A stretch of DNA of 64,000 nt. Source: Candidatus Omnitrophota bacterium. GTDB taxonomy: Bacteria; Omnitrophota; Gorgyraeia; 2-01-FULL-45-10. The stretch is from positions 44,886-108,885 of the forward strand of contig CAIMPC010000039.1 in assembly GCA_903843285.1 (NCBI GenBank), given 5' to 3'. The stretch's first letter is position 1, and every line of letters begins with the position of its first letter. The position numbers and the translations under genes are program-made. This document shows, piece after piece, positions 9,960-19,545 of this stretch. The notes beneath the pieces are model-generated. The model saw only the letters and a list, made by a program, of their open reading frames with translations, did not search any database and was not told where the DNA came from.

Positions 9960-11063
9960 ATGTCAAAGGTTGCGCTTAGGCGTTGCGAGGATTATGATTT
10001 TGATAAGGTGTATAAAGCAGTAAAGAGTTCAGTAGATCTCCTGGGCGGCATGGAGAGATTTGTCAAGCCCGGCATGAAGGTACTGCTGAAGCCTAATTTA
10101 TTGACTGCGGCTTTGCCTGATGAGGCAGTTACTACTCACCCTGAAGTGGTAAGGGCGGTAGGACGCCTGGTGCGCGAGGCCGGCGGAACCGTCAGGATAG
10201 GGGATGCACCGGGTGGATACGGTAAAAATATAGACGAGATATTGGATAAGTCCGGATTACGGCGTATTGCGGAGGAGGAATGGTTCGAGTTGGTCAAATT
10301 CAACACCGCGAGCTTTAAAGACGGAATCCCGATAGCCAAACATGTCCTTGAGGCGGATCTGATGATCTCGATACCAAAGATTAAGACGCATTGCATTACC
10401 GTTATGACCGGAGCGATAAAAAATATGTTTGGTACGGTTACCGGATTGCATAAGGCCGAATGCCATTCTAAGGCGCCCAGAGAAGGAGATCTGGCCAGGA
10501 TACTGGTGAAAGTATATTCTATGACTAAGCCGGGGCTTACCGTAGTAGATGGTATAGTCGGGATGGAAGGCGATGGGCCCTCGGCCGGTAAGCCTAGAGC
10601 CTTAAATGTAGTGATGGCGGGCATCGATGCAGTGGCGATAGATGCCTGCATGGCTAAGATCATAGGACTCAATCCTCTCGACGTGGTGGTGACGAATATG
10701 GCGTGTGAAGCCGGTCTTGGTGTAGCCGATATGTCCAAAATAGAGGTGCTCGGCGATAGGCTTGACAGCTTCATCGTAAAAGATTTTAAGCTTCCCCGGA
10801 CGATGCCCTTAAGGATTTTACCCCGACCGATATTGAAGTGGTTCCTGGGATTAATGAGCTTTAAGCCGGATATCGATTATGATATTTGCGTGAAGTGCGG
10901 GCTTTGCAAGGCGGCATGTCCGGTAAATTGCATATCCATCCGAGAGACGTTCTGTAGTATCGATTATTCGGCCTGCGTTAGATGCCTTTGTTGTCACGAG
11001 GTCTGCCCGCATAAGGCGATCTCGATCAAACGTAATCTGTTGACGAAGATGATATGGGGGTGA
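9960..11063 (+). CDS. DUF362 domain protein with C-terminal 2x[4Fe-4S] ferredoxin domain
   Basis: N-terminus MSKVALRRCEDYDFDKVYKAV...VKPGMKVLLKPNLL is typical DUF362. C-terminus has CVKCGLCKAACPVNC and CVRCLCCHEVCPHKA 4Fe-4S motifs. Starts 1 nt after the CPBP stop. Confidence 0.7.
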   Translation: MSKVALRRCEDYDFDKVYKAVKSSVDLLGGMERFVKPGMKVLLKPNLLTAALPDEAVTTHPEVVRAVGRLVREAGGTVRIGDAPGGYGKNIDEILDKSGLRRIAEEEWFELVKFNTASFKDGIPIAKHVLEADLMISIPKIKTHCITVMTGAIKNMFGTVTGLHKAECHSKAPREGDLARILVKVYSMTKPGLTVVDGIVGMEGDGPSAGKPRALNVVMAGIDAVAIDACMAKIIGLNPLDVVVTNMACEAGLGVADMSKIEVLGDRLDSFIVKDFKLPRTMPLRILPRPILKWFLGLMSFKPDIDYDICVKCGLCKAACPVNCISIRETFCSIDYSACVRCLCCHEVCPHKAISIKRNLLTKMIWG

Positions 11064-11157
11064 GGATTTTTTCGCACGCACCATAGTTAGGCATTTACTT
11101 TTGGGTGGTGCCTTCGCTTATCGCAAATTTGATTAGTCATACAAATTTGCCGTTGTG
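11064..11157 (+). repeat. repeat family B, copy 1 (short; immediately after stop codon)
   Basis: GATTTTTTCGCACGC...TTTACTTTTGGGTGGTGCCTTCGCTTATCGCAAATTTG...CAAATTTGCCGTTGT. Shares 30-40 nt blocks with the copies at 22741 and 28278. Confidence 0.65.
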
Positions 11158-11178
11158 ATCTACGAGAGGAGAGTCGAG

Positions 11179-11595
11179 ATGAAAAAGGTTGTCGCAATGT
11201 TTGCGTTATGTCTGGTGATGAGTGGCTGTGCGACGTCGGGAAATATATGGAAGGAGATCGCGGGCACTTCTACGCAAGAGATCGAAGAGACCAGGGTGGA
11301 TGCGGTCTCTAAGGTATTCGAATACGATTATAAGACCTGTTATTTTAATGTGGAGAAACTCTTAAATAAGATGCCAAAGATCTCCATCTATTCTAAAGAC
11401 AATAGCACGATAGCCGTCTATTTTATAAATCCGGACACCACGCCTGTGGGGCTTTTTTTTAAGGAGATAGATTCGACTCATACGCAAGTGGAGATATCAT
11501 CACCGAGTACCCCCGCAAAGGAATGGGTTGCTAAGAACATATTCACTGAGACGGTTCAGGAACCCCAGAAACTTATAACAAAGGGCGGTATTTAA
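11179..11595 (+). CDS. hypothetical lipoprotein
   Basis: MKKVVAMFALCLVMSGCATSG lipobox (LVMSGC). RBS GAGAGGAGAG upstream of the ATG at 11179. No recognisable domain. Confidence 0.6.
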   Translation: MKKVVAMFALCLVMSGCATSGNIWKEIAGTSTQEIEETRVDAVSKVFEYDYKTCYFNVEKLLNKMPKISIYSKDNSTIAVYFINPDTTPVGLFFKEIDSTHTQVEISSPSTPAKEWVAKNIFTETVQEPQKLITKGGI

Positions 11596-11599
11596 ATCT

Positions 11600-12637
11600 A
11601 TGCCGGTGGATACGATAAATTGGAAGAGCGGTAAGGTAAGATTCATAGACCAGACGCTGTTGCCCGGCCGCGTGAAGTTCGTTAGCTGTGATAACGTTCC
11701 GCGTTTGTGGAGGGCAATAAAGAGGCTTGAGATAAGAGGCGCCCCCGCCATAGGCATTGCAGGGGCTTTTGGGGTGGTGCTTAGCGCCAATAACTCAAGG
11801 GCAAAAAGTGCCGAGAGATTTCTGAGGGACCTCCGCAAGGATATTAAATATCTCGCTTCATCGAGGCCTACGGCCGTAAATCTATTCTGGGCGCTGGAGA
11901 GGATGGAAAAGATAGCTAATACCAATTTGCATAATGGCATAGGTAAGACAAAGAATCTTCTTCTTAAAGAGGCGTTGGCAGTATTAAGAGATGACAGAAA
12001 ACACTGCAGGGCGATGGCGCGTTACGGTGCAAGGCTGGTGCGTCACGGAGATACGATTTTGACTCACTGTAACGCCGGAGGCCTTGCTACCGCTGACTAC
12101 GGCACGGCCCTCGGAGTCTTATTTGAGTCTAATAGGCTTAACAAACATATAAAAGTCTACGTGGATGAGACCAGGCCTCTCCTTCAGGGTTCGCGCTTGA
12201 CAGCGTGGGAACTGCTCCACGAAGGTATGGATGCCACTCTTATATGCGATAATATGGCCGCGAGCCTCATGGCGAAGGGTAAGATAGATAAGATCTTCGT
12301 CGGAGCTGACCGTATAGCTTCTAATGGTGATACGGCAAATAAGATCGGCACGTATTCCCTGGCGGTTCTGGCAAAATATCATAAGGTGCCATTCTATGTA
12401 GTGGCGCCGGCCTCAACATTTGATCTTAATATAAAAACAGGCAGGGATATACCGATAGAAGAACGTGATGCAAGCGAAGTGCGTACCGTTATGGGTAGAG
12501 AGATCGCGCCAAGAAATATTAAGGTATATAATCCGGCGTTCGATGTAACCCCTGAAAAGCTCATAACCGCTATAATTACGGAACGAGGAATATTTAAAAG
12601 GCCTTACAGGAAGGCCTTAGAAATATTAAGAGGATAA
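11600..12637 (+). CDS. mtnA: S-methyl-5-thioribose-1-phosphate isomerase
   Basis: 345 aa in the eIF-2B alpha/beta/delta-like family: RGAPAIGIAGA and GADRIASNGDTANKIGTY. Confidence 0.8.
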   Translation: MPVDTINWKSGKVRFIDQTLLPGRVKFVSCDNVPRLWRAIKRLEIRGAPAIGIAGAFGVVLSANNSRAKSAERFLRDLRKDIKYLASSRPTAVNLFWALERMEKIANTNLHNGIGKTKNLLLKEALAVLRDDRKHCRAMARYGARLVRHGDTILTHCNAGGLATADYGTALGVLFESNRLNKHIKVYVDETRPLLQGSRLTAWELLHEGMDATLICDNMAASLMAKGKIDKIFVGADRIASNGDTANKIGTYSLAVLAKYHKVPFYVVAPASTFDLNIKTGRDIPIEERDASEVRTVMGREIAPRNIKVYNPAFDVTPEKLITAIITERGIFKRPYRKALEILRG

Positions 12638-12655
12638 GGCGCGGGAAGAAGCGGT

Positions 12656-13567
12656 ATGAAGATAAAAGATATCGGTGAGATAGGATTAATCGAGCGTATT
12701 TCCAGAGGAATTAAGCTCGATAAGTCCGTCATAAAAGGCATAGGCGACGACACGGCGGTTATCGCTTGGACGCCCGGGAAATATTTGTTATACACATGCG
12801 ATATGCTCGTCGAGGATGTTCATTTCAGGGCTGGGCCGGCTGTGCCGTTTCAGATCGGATGGAAGGCTATGGCACGGAACCTGAGCGATATAGCGGCGAT
12901 GGGAGGTATAGGCCGATATGCGGTAGTCTCGATCGCCTTAGACCCGGAAAAAAGCATATCATTTATCGATGAGATATACAGAGGGCTGAGGGCCGCCTGT
13001 AAACAATTTAAGGTAAATCTCGTAGGCGGAGATATATCGAAATCGAAGAAGACGGTTATCGACGTCTCCCTCATAGGCGAAGTGGAGAAGCGGAATCTCG
13101 TTACGCGCGCCGGGGCTAAAACAGGCGATGTCGTTCTTACGACAGGGTCATTTGGCGGATCTATAAAAAAGAAGCACTTGAATTTTACTCCGAGAGTTAA
13201 TGAAGCGCGGTTTCTCGTAAATGGTTATAAGATAAACTCGATGATAGATGTGACGGATGGCCTAATCATAGACCTAAATAGAATACTCAAATCAAGCAAT
13301 GTCGGAGCCAGGATATATAAAGGCTCTATCCCTGTTTCTGCCGACGCCGTTTCATTTAAACGGGCCGTTACCGACGGAGAGGACTTCGAACTCTTATTTA
13401 CAATGAGTCCGGACGAAGCCCGGCGGTTAATGAATTCTCGATCGACAAAGATGAAGGTTCCAATATCTGTAATAGGTGAGATTGCAGACAGAAGAGAAGG
13501 ATTTAAACTGATAACGAATAAGCTCGAGCACAGGATCTTAAATCCGAAAGGGTATTTACATTTTTAG
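12656..13567 (+). CDS. thiL: thiamine-monophosphate kinase
   Basis: AIR synthase-related fold: IGEIGLIERI, GIGDDTAV, DMLVEDVHF. Confidence 0.85.
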   Translation: MKIKDIGEIGLIERISRGIKLDKSVIKGIGDDTAVIAWTPGKYLLYTCDMLVEDVHFRAGPAVPFQIGWKAMARNLSDIAAMGGIGRYAVVSIALDPEKSISFIDEIYRGLRAACKQFKVNLVGGDISKSKKTVIDVSLIGEVEKRNLVTRAGAKTGDVVLTTGSFGGSIKKKHLNFTPRVNEARFLVNGYKINSMIDVTDGLIIDLNRILKSSNVGARIYKGSIPVSADAVSFKRAVTDGEDFELLFTMSPDEARRLMNSRSTKMKVPISVIGEIADRREGFKLITNKLEHRILNPKGYLHF

Positions 13568-13990
13568 ATGGTCAGGATATCGAGAAGCATAGAAGATACT
13601 ATCGGCATTGGAGAAGGGATTGCGAAGGCCCTGAAAGCCGGTGATGTAGTCGCGCTTATCGGCAATCTCGGATCCGGTAAAACTGTGCTTACGAAAGGAA
13701 TCGCTAAGGGGCTCGGTGTAAAGAATATCAACTATGTAAATAGCCCGACGTTCGTCATAATAAAAGAGTATATTGCCAGAGTGCCGCTTTATCACCTTGA
13801 TGTATACAGATTAAATGAACTCGCGACCCTTGATGCCGAGACTTATGAGGAATATTTTTATGGCGATGGAGTTACCGTTATAGAATGGGCCGATAAAATT
13901 CGTAAGATATTACCGAAGAAATATATTGAAATCAGATTGTCCGTGATCGGTGAGTGCGAAAGAAAAATAGAAATAAAAAAGAATAAATGA
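13568..13990 (+). CDS. tsaE: tRNA threonylcarbamoyladenosine biosynthesis protein TsaE
   Basis: P-loop LIGNLGSGKTVLTKGIAKGLG, SPTF and LYHLDVYRL motifs. Confidence 0.9.
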   Translation: MVRISRSIEDTIGIGEGIAKALKAGDVVALIGNLGSGKTVLTKGIAKGLGVKNINYVNSPTFVIIKEYIARVPLYHLDVYRLNELATLDAETYEEYFYGDGVTVIEWADKIRKILPKKYIEIRLSVIGECERKIEIKKNK

Positions 13991-14655
13991 AATTATTAGC
14001 GATAGATACATCGACCGACTTTTTAAGCCTCGCCGTTATGGATGGCAATGATGTGCTCGCACGAATACATAGAAGCGAGCCGAGAAGCCATTCCAGCCTT
14101 CTCGTTCCGATGATAGATGAAGTCCTGAAGATGTCAGGGGTAGAGCTTAAGGCCCTCGATGGATTCTGTCTCAGCATAGGACCGGGATCATTTACGGGAC
14201 TGCGTATCGGCGTGACGACTATAAAAGGCCTTGGGGTTATTACAAAAAAGCCAATCGTTGTCGTGCCCACGTTAGATGTGATCGCCCAGAACGCAAAACG
14301 ATTTCATGGTATAATATGTACGGTTCTGGATGCCAGGAAGGCCAAGGCGTACGCTTGCATTTATAGGTCCGATGGTAAGGGCTTGAAAAAATTGTCCAAG
14401 GTTCTGCTGGCTCCTGTGGCCGGCATAGTTAAGATATTAAGTTGTTATGATGAAGTGCTGTTTCTGGGAGATTTTGCCGATAAGATTGCGCCACAGCTGT
14501 CCGGCGCCAGGGTCATGGAGGGCGCGTGGCAGCCGAGGCCCGAAGTTGTGGGAATCCTCGGTCTCGAGTATTTTAAAAAGAAGAGATTTGTTAAGGCCGA
14601 AGATCTGGAGCCTTCATACATTTATTCAAAAGAATGTGACGTTACGGGAAGATGA
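13987..14655 (+). CDS. tsaB: tRNA threonylcarbamoyladenosine biosynthesis protein TsaB
   Basis: MKLLAIDTSTDFLSLAV...GPGSFTGLRIG, inactive Kae1/YeaZ homolog. Sits in a tsaE-tsaB pair. Confidence 0.9.
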   Translation: MKLLAIDTSTDFLSLAVMDGNDVLARIHRSEPRSHSSLLVPMIDEVLKMSGVELKALDGFCLSIGPGSFTGLRIGVTTIKGLGVITKKPIVVVPTLDVIAQNAKRFHGIICTVLDARKAKAYACIYRSDGKGLKKLSKVLLAPVAGIVKILSCYDEVLFLGDFADKIAPQLSGARVMEGAWQPRPEVVGILGLEYFKKKRFVKAEDLEPSYIYSKECDVTGR

Positions 14656-15806
14656 ACGAGCTATCAGTTGATACGAAGAATGACGCCACTCATACCCATC
14701 ACCGCCCAACCTGGGCAGATATAGACCTAAGGGCCATAGAGTATAACTTCAAGCAGGTCCGAAAGCTCATCGGTAAAGACGTTCATATTATGACTGTGGT
14801 GAAAGCCAATGCCTATGGCCATGGTACCATCGAGGTCTCCGAAGTCCTTGAGCGCTCGGGCGTTGACTATCTCGGCGTCGCTACCACCGATGAGGCGGTG
14901 CGAATTAGAGATCATAATATTAAGACTCCGATACTCGTCCTGGGTTCAGTGCTTCCGTCTGAGGTTGCGGTAGCCGTGGAGAGAGATATTACCCTCACCA
15001 TCTGTGACGATGAGCTTCTCGATGCCATCAGAAGCCGGACCGCGCACGGCGGAAGATTAAAGGCACATATTAAGATAGATACCGGCATGGGCCGCGTCGG
15101 GATATGGCACGAAGATGCCCTCGGTATTATTAAGAGGATATCGTCGGAAAAAGGTATTTTACTGGAAGGTATATATACGCATTTCTCGAGCGCCGGACGC
15201 GACGATTTCTTCACCGCTTATCAAATAGAGGCGTTCGAAAAGCTGTTATCGTCGATAGAAAAGAATTGGATAAAAATACCTCTTAAGCATGCCGCAAATT
15301 CCATCGCCACGGTAGACTTCCGCAGGTCCCATCTGAATCTGGTCCGCCCGGGCCTGATAATATATGGCATGTATCCTAAGCACACATTTCCTAAACTTAT
15401 TAAGCTTAAACCCGCCCTGGAATTGAAGACAAAAATAGTTTTTATAAAAGATACTCCTCCGGGGCGCTCGATAAGCTATGGCCGCACATTCATCACCCAA
15501 AAACACACTAAGATCGCGACTTTGCCAATAGGTTATGCCGATGGTTTCGGGAGAAAGCTCTCGAATAAGGCCGAGGTCCTGATAAGAGGCCAGCGCGCCA
15601 GAGTGGTGGGGAAGGTTACTATGGATCAGACAATGATAGATGTCGGCCATATTAAAGGCGTAAAGGTCAGCGACGAGGTAGTGCTGATAGGCAGACAGGG
15701 CAAAGAAGAGATCAGGACCGAAAACCTTGCCCGCATGGCAGATTCCATAGCCTACGAAGTCATCTGTGGTATATCAAACCGAGTTCCCCGAATTTATAAG
15801 AGATAA
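14652..15806 (+). CDS. alr: alanine racemase
   Basis: PLP site VVKANAYGHG; 384 aa; C-terminal beta domain. Confidence 0.9.
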   Translation: MNELSVDTKNDATHTHHRPTWADIDLRAIEYNFKQVRKLIGKDVHIMTVVKANAYGHGTIEVSEVLERSGVDYLGVATTDEAVRIRDHNIKTPILVLGSVLPSEVAVAVERDITLTICDDELLDAIRSRTAHGGRLKAHIKIDTGMGRVGIWHEDALGIIKRISSEKGILLEGIYTHFSSAGRDDFFTAYQIEAFEKLLSSIEKNWIKIPLKHAANSIATVDFRRSHLNLVRPGLIIYGMYPKHTFPKLIKLKPALELKTKIVFIKDTPPGRSISYGRTFITQKHTKIATLPIGYADGFGRKLSNKAEVLIRGQRARVVGKVTMDQTMIDVGHIKGVKVSDEVVLIGRQGKEEIRTENLARMADSIAYEVICGISNRVPRIYKR

Positions 15807-15858
15807 TCTTCGCTACAAACAGATAGTTCCGCAATTAGTCAACATGGAGGATGATACA

Positions 15859-17766
15859 GTGAAAAAATATAGTGCATTAATTTCGACGTTAGCCCTAATA
15901 TTTTTTTCCTTTAATGTGGTAGTGATTGACTTTGCGTTTGCGCTTGCCCCCAGAATTGCCTCACAGGATCCCGATGAGATAGAGCGTATATATGCCGGAG
16001 GCCAAAAACTTTTTGCCGCGATGAGAGGGCCCGGAAGCGAGTTACCCCTTAGGGCGTATAAGCCGGGCTGGCAACGTCCGGCGAAAGTTGAAGGTGGAGA
16101 GCCAGTGGTTCGCGGGCTCGATTTTGACGGAATCGATTATGCTTCCATTCCCGAAGGTTGGTACAAAAATCTGATACTTTCAAAGACTACAGATCTCGTG
16201 AGAGCATTTAAAATCTTTAAGGAAGATGAAGCGCGGCTTTCATATAATTATGGTGTGACGGAGGGCTACTGGGAATTAAAGAAAGGCGGCGATGGAGAGA
16301 TCCCTATATGTCGATGGGAGCGCCATAATGTTACCGGGCAATGGACGCTCGTGATTCATCCGGATTTTATCAGAATGTGGAAAGACATACGAGAGAATGA
16401 CGTTTGGTTTGAATATACTTTTCCGGATGGCAAGACGAGGACCGTTAGCCTGGCATGGGCAATATTCTATCGTGTGGCGAAGCACGAAATGACGGACTTG
16501 GATATGAGGCTACGTACAGCAAAAGGGAGCGGTTTGGGGCATATTACTAGCGGTGATGTATCCAGTGGACATGTATTTGTTAGTCAAGACGAAGAATCCG
16601 CTAACAGAATCGGTGGTAGATATGCACTGGTGAACGATGCGATATGGATGTGGTTTCTGGGCTCATACTGCTTTCCGGGGTACAGCGCTAAGTATAATTC
16701 CAATGTAGCAAGGGCCAGATATTTATGGTTTCTTGGAAGCTATAAAGGATATAACTCGAAGAATCTTAATGCCAAAGCAGTTGAGCTCGGGTTTAATAAG
16801 GAATTTCCAGATCTGATCAGTGATTCTGACGCGAGAGATAGAGCGATCGACATAGCCGTTGCGGTCAATCACAGGTTTTACAGCAAATATATCAGGACGG
16901 AAGCTACAGATAGAGAGAAGAAGATGCGTAATGAGCATGTCAAAAGCCATGGAAAATTTAGACATAGCGTCGGTGATACCATTTACGCGGCAGGAATGGG
17001 GTTTTCCACCGCAGAAGAAGGGATACTCGCAAGGATCGATACAAATATGGATGCGAGCTCTATCGGTGACTGCCCGGGAGTTACTGATTCCGAACCGTCA
17101 GTTATGGACAGGGTGCTATTCTATCCATTCTTTAAAGAGCTTAACACTCAAAATGTTGAAATATACATTCCGCAGGGTCTATTATTGACGCCTTCGGTGG
17201 AGAGCGCAGTAAAAAGCCTAAACGAACGCATTCGCCAAAGGCGTGATGGAGATGGTCTCCCCGAATGCGCCGGCGTTAAACCCATTGAGATTAAGAAGTA
17301 TAATGCCATGAATTTAGATAAGATGTTGGCTCGGAAAGATAGTGGTTCAAGAAGGATATTTGTTGCCGACCAATCGACTGTAGGAGATTTTAGAATGCTA
17401 CTGGATAGTGGCAGGCAGGATTTATTTAGGGGAAATCGATTGTTGACAGCCGATACGCCGCAAGTAAATGATGATACAGAAAATTCCGTGCATCAGGCGT
17501 GGCTGATTAAGGTTGCCATGCTATCATGCCTCCTAACTGAAGATAACTATATGACGGTTGGTACAGCCCTGGAACAAGAGATAAATGGTAAGATAGAGGA
17601 TAATGCTGAAGAATATATTTCAAGATTAGCTCAGGTTAGCAAGGAAAACTTGGATAATAGGGACGTTTCAAGCCGTGTGAACTATTTTCTCGGTAAAGTT
17701 GTGAGGCTAAGCCAATTGGTGGCTGAACAGCTTAAGATCCTTAAGGCGTTCTGGACCGCGGCGTAG
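15859..17766 (+). CDS. hypothetical secreted protein, no recognisable domain, internal WFLGSY repeats
   Basis: Long ORF with RBS GGAGGA 7 nt upstream of the GTG at 15859. N-terminus KKYSALISTLALIFFSFNVVVIDFAFALA-P looks like a signal peptide with an AxA site. I recognise no catalytic motif. Confidence 0.5.
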   Translation: MKKYSALISTLALIFFSFNVVVIDFAFALAPRIASQDPDEIERIYAGGQKLFAAMRGPGSELPLRAYKPGWQRPAKVEGGEPVVRGLDFDGIDYASIPEGWYKNLILSKTTDLVRAFKIFKEDEARLSYNYGVTEGYWELKKGGDGEIPICRWERHNVTGQWTLVIHPDFIRMWKDIRENDVWFEYTFPDGKTRTVSLAWAIFYRVAKHEMTDLDMRLRTAKGSGLGHITSGDVSSGHVFVSQDEESANRIGGRYALVNDAIWMWFLGSYCFPGYSAKYNSNVARARYLWFLGSYKGYNSKNLNAKAVELGFNKEFPDLISDSDARDRAIDIAVAVNHRFYSKYIRTEATDREKKMRNEHVKSHGKFRHSVGDTIYAAGMGFSTAEEGILARIDTNMDASSIGDCPGVTDSEPSVMDRVLFYPFFKELNTQNVEIYIPQGLLLTPSVESAVKSLNERIRQRRDGDGLPECAGVKPIEIKKYNAMNLDKMLARKDSGSRRIFVADQSTVGDFRMLLDSGRQDLFRGNRLLTADTPQVNDDTENSVHQAWLIKVAMLSCLLTEDNYMTVGTALEQEINGKIEDNAEEYISRLAQVSKENLDNRDVSSRVNYFLGKVVRLSQLVAEQLKILKAFWTAA

Positions 17767-17790
17767 CTGAATTACAGGTCAAATTTAGTA

Positions 17791-17827
17791 AAAATAGTCC
17801 CGAAAGTGCTCCCGGGGCTATTTTGTT
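17791..17827 (+). terminator. rho-independent terminator hairpin followed by a T-run
   Basis: AAAATAGTCCCG-aaagtgctc-CCGGGGCTATTTTGTT immediately after the orphan ORF. Confidence 0.55.
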
Positions 17828-17855
17828 GACAAAATATACGCTATTATAATATAAT
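17826..17855 (+). promoter_or_regulatory. sigma70-like promoter for ilvD-ilvBNC
   Basis: TTGACA (17826-31), 18-nt spacer, TATAAT (17850-55). GGAG RBS at 17880-83 before the ilvD ATG at 17890. Confidence 0.5.
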
Positions 17856-17889
17856 CAATCTCTTAATTACTATTAGAATGGAGAAATAT

Positions 17890-19545
17890 ATGCGCAGTGA
17901 TAAGATAAAAAAAGGTATTGAAAGAGCGGGTGCCAGGAGCCTATTATATGCTACAGGCATATCGAAAGAGGATATGGCCAAGCCGTTTATAGGTGTGGTG
18001 ACTTCGAGGACTGACCTTATTCCGGGCCATATTCATATGCCCAGATTAGAACGTTTCATAGAACGCGGGATTGCCTCCGGTGGCGGGGTGCCGTTCTTCT
18101 TCGGTGTTCCGGGTATTTGTGATGGTATCGCTATGGGACATACAGGGATGCGATATTCGCTCGCCTCACGTGAACTGATAGCCGATATGATAGAGTGCGT
18201 TATGAAGGCTCATTGTCTGGACGGACTGGTCTGCCTTACAAACTGCGATAAGATTACCCCCGGTATGTTAATGGCGGTAGGCCGATTGAATGTACCATCA
18301 ATAGTAGTGACTGCAGGGCCTATGATGAGCGGAAACTTAAAAGGCAGAAGACTATCGCTGGTTAAGGACACGTTCGAGGCTGTCGGAAGATGTAAAAAGG
18401 GCGAGATATCGCAGGATGAGCTGGCCGCTTTAGAGATGTGTGCATGCCCCGGCGCCGGAGCCTGTCAGGGGCTCTATACCGCGAACTCTATGGCTTGCGT
18501 CACCGAGGCCCTTGGGATGAGTGTTCCTGGATGCGCGACGGCACTTGCCGTCTCGGCGAAGAAAGATAGGATAGCTCAAGAGTCGGGTGAGAAGATCGTG
18601 GGTCTGGTGAGGCGCAATGTACTGCCGAGGACCATCTGTCGTCGTGAGGCTTTTGAGAATTCGATCAAGGTCGATATGGCGCTCGGCGGGTCCACGAACA
18701 CGGTTTTACATATAATTGCAGTGGCGAAGGAGTTTGGTATAGATATTCCTCTAGATGTATTTGATAAGATATCCAAGTCGACGCCGCACATTTCCAATAT
18801 ATTGCCCGGCGGTCAGCATTTTATGGAGGATCTGGAGTCGGCAGGTGGAATACCGGCTATAATAAAGCGCATGAAGAACCAATTAAATGATGTGATGACC
18901 GCCAGCGGGAAGTTGATAAGCCAGATAGCAAACGAGGCCCAGATACTTGACGACGATGTTATTCGCGATTATAAGGGCGCTTACCATAAAGAAGGCGGAA
19001 TAGCAGTATTGAAGGGTAATCTCGCTCCGGAAGGCGCTGTCATAAAACAGACGGCCGTTTCGGAAGCAATGATGAAGTTTAAAGGAAAGGCTCGCGTCTT
19101 CGATTCGGAAGAATTGGCGATGCAGGCCATAATGGCAGTAAAGATAAAAAAGGGTGATTGCGTGGTTATCCGCTATGAAGGACCGAAGGGTGGGCCGGGT
19201 ATGAGAGAGATGTTGTCTCCGACGGCGGCTATAGTCGGAATGGGTTTGGCTGACGATGTTGCGCTTATCACCGATGGAAGGTTTTCAGGCGGCACGCAGG
19301 GACCTTGTATAGGTCATATTTCACCCGAGGCCCAGGAGGGCGGGCCAATAGCGATAATCCAGGAAGGCGATGAGATAATCATCGATATCCCTGCGAGGAA
19401 GATAGAATTGAACGTTGCGGAATCGGAAATAAAGGCGCGTCTTGCGAAATGGAGAGCTCCGGAGCCCAAAGAGAAGGAAGGGTATCTGGCGCGTTATGCG
19501 AAGGCTGTTACTTCCGCATCCGAAGGAGCAGTGTTAAAGGCATGA
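17890..19545 (+). CDS. ilvD: dihydroxy-acid dehydratase
   Basis: [24 protein letters not shown]-terminus, [11 protein letters not shown], and the Fe-S cysteines. Confidence 0.95.
   Translation: MRSDKIKKGIERAGARSLLYATGISKEDMAKPFIGVVTSRTDLIPGHIHMPRLERFIERGIASGGGVPFFFGVPGICDGIAMGHTGMRYSLASRELIADMIECVMKAHCLDGLVCLTNCDKITPGMLMAVGRLNVPSIVVTAGPMMSGNLKGRRLSLVKDTFEAVGRCKKGEISQDELAALEMCACPGAGACQGLYTANSMACVTEALGMSVPGCATALAVSAKKDRIAQESGEKIVGLVRRNVLPRTICRREAFENSIKVDMALGGSTNTVLHIIAVAKEFGIDIPLDVFDKISKSTPHISNILPGGQHFMEDLESAGGIPAIIKRMKNQLNDVMTASGKLISQIANEAQILDDDVIRDYKGAYHKEGGIAVLKGNLAPEGAVIKQTAVSEAMMKFKGKARVFDSEELAMQAIMAVKIKKGDCVVIRYEGPKGGPGMREMLSPTAAIVGMGLADDVALITDGRFSGGTQGPCIGHISPEAQEGGPIAIIQEGDEIIIDIPARKIELNVAESEIKARLAKWRAPEPKEKEGYLARYAKAVTSASEGAVLKA

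Noticed and set aside
16859-17188. 109-aa + strand ORF inside the orphan secreted-protein gene (alternative frame)
   Set aside because: It is nested out of frame within a longer ORF that has an RBS and a signal peptide, and it has no independent support.
19449-19541. Upstream extension of the ilvB ORF (start at 19449)
   Set aside because: The extension overlaps the ilvD 3' end in another frame. The conserved ALS N-terminus begins at MKMTGAEIL (ATG 19542, ATGA overlap with the ilvD stop).
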